A DNA stretch of 63,960 nucleotides, the filler included, from Barthelona sp. PAP020 (Eukaryota), in NCBI GenBank assembly GCA_040182905.1. It is 3 parts of 3 records of this genome, joined end to end, with 100 filler letters (N's around TTAATTAATTAA, not from the genome) between each part and the next. Parts side by side here need not be neighbours in the genome. Positions count along the whole stretch, not along the records: positions 22,556 to 44,836 come from JARQWU010000176.1; 2 more parts are not named here. One strand, written 5' to 3'. Below are positions 34,901-43,900 of the stretch, one piece after another; within the stretch, counting starts at the first letter, position 1, and each line of letters starts with the position of its first letter. The position numbers and the translations under genes were made by a program. The notes beneath the pieces were generated by a model that searched no databases, was not told where the DNA came from, and was given only the letters and a program-made list of their open reading frames with translations.

Positions 34901-37900
34901 CATTTTTGTCAACAAAGAAACCAGGTTCAATTTTTTCAAAAGATACAAAAACTGAAAAAAAAATTACCAAAAAACGTGAAACCTTGAATGTGACATCTTT
35001 AAAGTTGAGTGGAAAAATTCTTGTTGAAAATTTGAAAGCTCTGTTTGATTTTGGGTATATTACTGTTCAATACATTCGTAAAAAATTGGAAGAAGTTGGT
35101 TTGTCATTTAAAGATATTTTTGAAAAGAATTTTTTGAAAACAAATCAATATCAAAGCACCAAAAATGCCAATTTTTCTGAACTTAAAGAAAAAGTTACCA
35201 GTCTCAAAACCGTTGATAATTTGCAAAATTTTGTTTTTTGTTTATTGTTGAAGACTTCTACAGATAGGAATCAATCTAATATTTCTTCAAAAACATTTGA
35301 AACTGGTCCACAAAATTATGTCAAACAATTTAAAAGTTCATTTGATAATAAACGAGGATTTTCTGAAGAAATTCTATTTTATCTTTTGCCATATTTATGT
35401 TCTTCCTTTAATAATGGGTTTACAGAGTTGATTGATGTTTTAAACAATCTAAAAAAAATTGAGGATAAATCTGGAAAAGATCATGAAGATTTGTGTTCTC
35501 GTTTACGAAGCATATTGGATGATCCCGTTGACTTTAACATTATCTTTTCAAACACTATGTTTGACAACTTAAAATTTGGAGAAAGGACTTTTAAAGAAAA
35601 ATTAATTGATGATTTAACACAAAGAAAGGCTATGGTTATCCTTAATGAAGATGATTTGACTAATGATGAGATGACCAAACAATGTCAGCAAATAGAAGAT
35701 CTTGTAAACCAGGCATATGCTATTGATATCAATAATCAAACTTTGGGAGATATACTACTTATCTATGATAAATTTACCCAATTAAAAGAGTCAAGAAAAT
35801 TAAAAAGATCTTATTTGAGAGAGATTGAAAACAACATTAGAGAGAAATTGGAAAAAGGAAAGTTAAAAATTTTATCCACATTTGCTGAACAAATTGATCC
35901 AACCGTCAAACATGCTGACAAGATTTTTTTGAATGAATTTAAATACATATTAGAATATTATGTAATCCTTCATTTGGGTTTTAGGAGTGAATTATCTGAT
36001 AAGAGAAGAATGTTGGTTATTGGGTTTTTATCATCAATTCTTCAATATTCACCTAAATTTCTTTCTGATTCTTCAAAAAAAACCTTAACACAAATAAAGA
36101 ATGAACTTTTGAAAAGTGATTTTAAAAAATATAGAATATTGGCTGAAATCTCGAAGGAATCAGAACTCATAATTTTGGGTTGTGATTGGAGAATTTTGAA
36201 TGATTTTTTTGCAAAGAAAATTACAAATAGTACAGATAATCGGAACAATGAACAAAAAGATGAGTTATTGAAATTTGCTCATTCTGTTGAATTTGTTTTC
36301 TACAACATTTATTCTGAAACTAAAGATTTTTTTTCTGATTTTTCCATGTGTCCTCCTTTTTTAACTCATTATTATTCACAAATAAAGGCTAATAAGATAA
36401 TGGTTGGTGCAGATTTAAAAGATGAAAAAAAATATTTTGACAAATTTAAAGAAAAATTTGAACAAATCTTTCAATTTGAACAATATAATTTGTTAAACAA
36501 AAAAATTGGGGGAGAAATTGATGTTTCAACTCGATCAGGACAAATTTTAAATTTGTTGAAAGTAGAATCATCTTTAAATGTGAATTCAAACAATATAGGT
36601 AATGGTTTAAATATTGAGCATATAGACAAATTGAGTACTTCTAATGTCAACACAATTCTGAAAAAATTGAAAATAAATGAAGCTTTGGATTTATTTATCA
36701 AAGATTATGAAACATCATACAATTATTTGCAAAGATCTCATCAACAAATTAAAGAATACCAATCTTTTGAACCTCCCAAATTTCATTCTCTAATTGAATT
36801 GATTTTCAAAATTATTGTTCCTAAAACCCCAATAAATCCTGATTTTTGGGAAAGAATTAAAGTTTTGTCTGCTAAAAATGATTTTAAAGTGTTAGCAAGA
36901 GAATTTCATATTTTAGTCACAAATAATGTTACAAAACATCATGAATTATTGACTAATTCATATTTCAACAATACTAAAATTACTTTTGGCAAATCTTACA
37001 CACATTTGTTGTTTGCTCAAAGCATATGTTTCTTTGATGAATGGTTGACAAATTTTATTGAAGAAATTGTTGCATTTGATTGTAATTACAGCGATTTAAC
37101 AATTATACAAAATATTATTGAATATATTTCAATGTTTAAGGAATGGTTAGATAAAAAAATTAAAAAAGACCATTCAATTGAAAGGCAAAAACGTGTTAGT
37201 GGGTATGCAAATTTGTGTGAAAAAATGAATAAATTAAGAGAGATTATCATTAATGCCAAAATGTTCAAGAATGTGATTTCAAAGAATGAGGAATTGATCA
37301 AAAATAAAGATAATGAGATGAAATTACAACTTGATAATCAAATAGAAAGGTTAAAAGAGAAAATTTGTGAATCTGGAAAAGAGTTAAAAACAGAAATTTG
37401 TAAATCTGCAGACAATCAAATGGCTTTGTGTGAAGATAAAGAAAAAGAATATCTTTTATCTAATAATGAAAGTTTGGCAATTATTTTCAAGCATATATGT
37501 GAAAATTATTCTAATGGAATTCATGTTGAATTTGTTAAAACTGATTTTCTTGATAATATTTTTAGACTTGTCAAACTTATGTTCAAAGAGGAATATCTTA
37601 ACTCAATATATAAAGATGATATTATTGGTGTGTTGCTTAAATCACAAACTGATGAAAATCATGATATCTTTTGTTATAAGTATTTCTCAGTTAAAAACAA
37701 TTGCTCACAAATGTTGACAATTGATGGTATGATAATTGAAGTAATTATTGAAGATAATAGGATTAAGAGCATATCTGAATCAATTGATGATTTCATACCA
37801 GTTCATTCATGGCGAAAACATTTTTCAAAAAATAATATTGAAAGAGATATCTTGAAAATTTCCAATCTATATCAAAAAGTTGAACCTTTTGAAAATAAAT

Positions 37901-40900
37901 TAAAAAAGTTGATATTACATGAATTAAATGATGATTTTAATTTTAAAAGTTGTGAAAGATTCGCTAATAGTATCAAAAAAAATGCATCAGGTGATTGGAA
38001 AATGAGAGCTTCAAAATTAGAAGATTATTTGAAAGATTTGAAAAGAAAAATTGATGAACTAAATGAATTAAACAGCAAGAAGAATCAACAAGTTGATATG
38101 ATTAAAGCTGTTCTTGATAAATTTAGTGAAAATAAATCAACAGCTCATAAAAACCTTAATTATGGTGCTTTATTAACAAAAACCGATACTTCAATACAGG
38201 ATTTCAACACGATAGTTGTTCAACAAAATTGGTTGGGTAATGTTGAAAATAAACGGAAATATTGTTTTAATGGAGGGAAATATATCACAACAATGATCAA
38301 TGATCAAATGAGTACTGGTGAAAAATGTCTAGACATAAATATTAATATATTTAACTTGACAAATGGTGAATTTGAGGTGATTCAAAGTGGTAATGAAAAG
38401 AAATTCAAAATTGAAAAACAGAATCATCCAACAACAATTCCTATAAGAGTTTCTTTCAGCTGTGAAAGTATTAATGATCATAAATTAGTTCAATGTTACA
38501 CTGAAATTCGTCTATTGTCCAGATCAACTGAATTTGCCAGATGTTTTATTGAATTCAGTTTTGATTTATGCAGTCCAAAAGTTGAAGTGATTGGTAAGTT
38601 CTATAATTCTACCAATTCAAAGTCGAATAGTCAAACTGAACGTGATGCTTTACCTCAAAATTGTACTTTTATTCTCAAAAATCATCAACCTGCAAAACAA
38701 TTGGTTAATATTTTCACAAATAAAGCGTCAAACATGAATATATCTTCATTCACAATGAACGGTGATGAAATGTATGATATTCAAGTCAACTCTGATTTGG
38801 CAACGAAATTGTTTATTCATGTAGGGTCTGATAATGCAATTGTTATACCTTTAATTCCTAAAAATGATTCATTAATGTATTTTACATATGGATTAAATGA
38901 CGTATTAGGTGAAACTGAGCTATTTCCTGATAATGCAAACAATAGTCATGTTCTTTCAAGTGATACAATTGGTATTTTAGCATTCAATATATCTGCAGAT
39001 ATAATTCCAGTAACTAAAGATATTGATGTGAAACCAAATTGCATTCAATTTTTCCCATTTGGTGAAAATAACAAATTGTACTTGTGTGAAAAAGAGTTTT
39101 GCTTGGATAGGAAAAAAATTACACTTACATTTCAAATTCAACATGATATTGAGAATATTGTCGTTCTTATTGATGGTTTAGGATCAAAGAAAAATTATCG
39201 TATTGAATTATTAACTGTAGCTGACAGCAATAATGACAAAATACATTTTTATTGTGATGAAGAAGGCAATTGCACATGTTTGTTTGACACAGCACTATCA
39301 TTATATGAGTTTCAAAATAAAAACATATTGGTGTCAATAATTGATGAAAATGACAATTCGAGTCTTTTGATTGCTGATTGTCAGCTGGAATATAAAGATG
39401 AAATGAATTCAAAAACATATAATGACTCTATTCCAAATGAAAATGAAAAGAATAAAAGTTTATGGACTTGTGATTATTATAATGTTGATATTGTATTATT
39501 AAATAAAGGTAATTTCAGTTTTTCAAAACCTGAATTTGAGAATAATTCGTTATTGAATATATTTTGTTCGGATAAGTATGTTCCCCATGTTAAATTGGAA
39601 ATCAATGATATAGAGGTGGCTTTTGACACTATAACATTAATTGAAGAAGATGAACTAATCAATATCACTTTTGATGAAAGTGTTGATTATTTATCTTTGG
39701 TTGATGAAAAAGATTATTGTATGAAGATCAGTTTTATGAATTTATCTGAAGAAATTTGTGGTAAATTAAGTATTTATTTGCCAATAACCAAGCAAGATAC
39801 AAAAGCATTTTACGATGATACACATTTGGACAGTGATGAACATATTGGAAGCAAATGGAAGAATCAAACAATCAGATTTGAAAGTTTAAACCCTTGCAAA
39901 AGTACTTTTGAGAGTTTGTATATCAATGTAGATTCTGATAATCATTCAGATTTTATCAAAGAAAAATTTGGAATGATTGGCAAAATTTATTTGAATGGTG
40001 ACATTTGGTCTAAAAAGTTCGAAAATGAAGAAGATGATGCAGATCGTCATCGACTTTGGAGTAATAACCATAATAATTTGGTTGAAAAGCAAGATTCAAT
40101 AAAGGAAAAATTATTTGACACAATGAAACATTTGAAAGAAGTAAATGTTCAAATTCTTTTCAGTGAATATGTTGCCAACTTTTTAGAATTATTCTTAATT
40201 TACATAAATATGAAAACGGATGATTTTGACAAAGATATTTTCAGCAAATTTACTCAAATTTTAAAAGTTTTTATTGATATTTTGGGAGAAGCCCCAAAAA
40301 GTCGGAAAAAATCATTGAAAACTGCAAATGAAAGACATAATAGCATTGAGGAATCTGTACGCAAGTTTGTTTCACCTGTTTGGGAATTGTTGGAACCTAT
40401 TTTAAGTTGTTTCTGTGAAAATGATGAAATGGCAGCAATAATTCGATTTTTGCAAGATTTTCATTTTGTTATCAATGTCAACAGCAGATTATGTGCATCA
40501 TATTTGCATTATTCTGTAAATATCAAACAAGATTATTTCATGCCTTCTATTAAAGAAGAATATGAACAAGTGATAATCTTTGAATTGGATGAAAACAATA
40601 TTGAAGATAATGGAAGTTCAAAGAGTGTTTCAAAGAAAGAAAAAAAATCAAAAGAAAATGATTCTGAAGAAAATAAAACCAGAAACAAAAATTCAAAAAT
40701 TCTGCTGGATAATAATGCAATTCACACTGAAGAACATTTGGTATTTAATTTGATGCTTCAACCAGAGTCGCAAGACAATTTTATGACTGCGAATCTTCAA
40801 GAAGGTTCTGATTGGCAAAAGTTACCTCATCATTCCTTTGACAAATATTTTGATTATCTTGCCATTTGCCGTTATTTAATTGCAAAAGAGCAACAATTTA

Positions 40901-43900
40901 TTTCAATGGTGAAACCAATCACAGTAGTATTGCAAGTTTCACGTTCAATATTTTTAAAGTTTGATCGCAGCATAAAGATAATGATTGAATCAATTCTTTT
41001 AATGAATGTAATGGGTTTTCCCTTGAACATTGTTGTGTGTGGAGGTCAAAATTGTCAAATGATTGTAAAAACGTGGAAAGATCCTTTAGAACCAAGACAT
41101 TTAGCCGCTATATGTTCATTAGTTCAATATTTGTCTGATTATCACAGTGATGAATCATCTCAAAGGATTATGGATTTTGCTCAAGCAATCAGTTTTGTTA
41201 TTCGTGAGGAAAAAAGACTAAACTCGTGCGGTATTGTTTATATTGGTGATGGATTGGTTCTACATCATGATTTAGTTGATACTTTGTTTCACAAGAATAC
41301 TCCACGTTTGCCAGTCTTTGTCCTTCAAATAAAAACCAATGATGAATCTTTGGTCGATCGAATTTTAAACCTGTTGAAAAATGATAACAATGGAAATGTT
41401 AACGAACAAAAGAATGTTAATGAGGTATATGTGATTAAATCAGAGGCGTGGTCAAACGTTTTCAAAGCTATTTGTGATTTTAAAAAAGATCTAACTGAAG
41501 AAATGTTTGAAGATAAAATCTATTTGAAGATTGTAAAGAGTCAAAATAATAGCAATCTTTGGATATCGAAAGGTGACACAAAGCCATTGTGGAACACTAC
41601 AGATTTAAAATTCATTTATCAACTTGTTGATAATATTGATTTGAAAAATGATAATCAAGAGAAAACAAAGTTTTGTGACACAAAGAATGATGAGATCAGA
41701 AATTTGCTCGAACAGTCACATCCTCCAATAAACCATGTGGCAAAAGAAACTATTTGTAGTATTGAAAACAGCTTGAGTGATGTTATTGTGAAGACTTCAA
41801 ATGGAATTTCTAAAACTATCATAATTCCAAATAAGCCAACAAAATACATTGCCAGTACCACAGGAAATAAGTTATTTATTCCAGGATTGATTAAATATAT
41901 TGCAACAAAAGGAAACTATAACATGATATTTGCACGTTTAGCAGGTGGTTTAAAAGCTAGTTATTCAATAACTTTATGTATTGATGCAACTTCTCAATCA
42001 TGTGTTTCACTTTTAAAAGTTGCGTTAATTCTTGTCAATTCATTTGAAGCTGAAGGAATTAATGATATTTCTATTGTTGTTTCAAATTCCAATGAGATTA
42101 GACTGGTTAAAACATTTGATCAACCAATTAAAACAACATATCTTGATTTACTAACATCATTACGACCAAATGGTTGTTTGCCATGTGGACAATTGATTAA
42201 TACCAGTATTGAACTGATTGAAAAAGCTCCTACAAACAACAAAGGAAGCATTTTGTTATGTTTAACTGATGGTATTCGTTTACCAAACTTTAAAAGTTGG
42301 ATTGAATTGGAAAAAAGACTAATAAGGTCAAATATTGATTTTTACGCATTATCATATCAATTTGCTATGATACCAAAACACTTCAACAATAAAACAATTT
42401 ATTGCAATGAAATTATGAAAATTGACCAGTGTATTGGTAATTTTGACATTTCAACTGTTGATCAAAAGATGGTTTATCTTCACAAACCAGAAGAAATGAC
42501 ATGTATTGATAAAAAAGAAATAGTTGGAGATTATGACAAAAAACATTTTGAAAATGAAAGTGCAGATAATGAAAAGGAAGAAACTTGGATTGAAAAAATG
42601 TCTAAGAAAATAAAAGCAACTCACCCTTTGACTATATTGGAAAGTGCATTTGAATATTCAAAGTATAAAGATATTGAATATGTTGATCAAGACGATATCA
42701 ATGCCAATGGTCAACATTTAATGTCCAGACAAACAAACATTATCAAAAATCCCGAAGGTTTCAGATTAGTAAAAGATGAAGCTTTAAAAGGCACAAAAAT
42801 ATTGATATTATATCTATTTCAAGCCAGAAAAGATCAAAAGAAATATGTAGATATTGATATATTTAAAAAAAATTGTGGTCAAGAATTAAAAACTTTGGGG
42901 ATTGATTATGAAATAGTTCATGATTTTGAAAAAGCTGTGGAATGTCTCGAAAATAAACATAATTTCAGTCAAATTTGGATAATTTGCACTTCTGGACCCT
43001 TTCATGAAAACTCTAATTCAGAGGCGTACAATTGGAGAACTCCATTCATTAGAGATGTTCTCATTCCTTTTTGGAAAGCAGGGGGTGGAGTTTTAATATC
43101 CGCAGACAATGATCCAATTTTTGCTGAAGCAAAAGTTTGGTTTCGATTTTGGGATATTACAAAGAACATTAAATTAGAGTTAGCTGGTGACTACAATGGA
43201 ACAAGAACGCTCACAAGATTGGATCATGAACCATCAAGTGATGAAAGCGGATTTTATCGTCCAGACCCTAAAGACAGGGACAAACACTTGTGGAGTGATG
43301 TTGTTATCCTTGGAAATGGTTTGCAATCACTCTATGAAGGAAATACAATTTGTCATATTGAAGCAGATGAACAAGATTTGAAGAATGCAGGAATTGAAAT
43401 ATTCATGAGAGATTCTCAAAAGAAAATTTCGATTATTTCATGGAAAGAAGAATCAAATGATGATACCAGAGGAAGATTTGTTTTTGACAGTGGTTTTACC
43501 AAAATGTTTTTAGAATTTAAAACACCTGGTGTGCATCAATATGTTCATAATACTATCATTTGGTTGAATAAAACAGATATTATTGAAAAACAACCAATCA
43601 ATTTCGAAATTGACTTTAAAAAGCCTGATATTGGACCAGATCCCGAATTTAATGTTGGTGTTAGAAACATTCAAGTTTTGTTTTGTGTTGACACCACTTA
43701 TTCCATGAATATGTGGATTACTGAAGTTAAAGAAAAAGTTGATGATTTGGTCTCTAAGTTGCAATCTGAATTAAATTGTCAAGTTGAAGTGGGATTCATT
43801 GGATATAAAGATTTTGACACTCCAATAATTGATTTCATTGATTTTACTGATGATGTTAGATTTTTCAAGAGCAAATTTGCCAATATTTGTGCAAAAGGTG

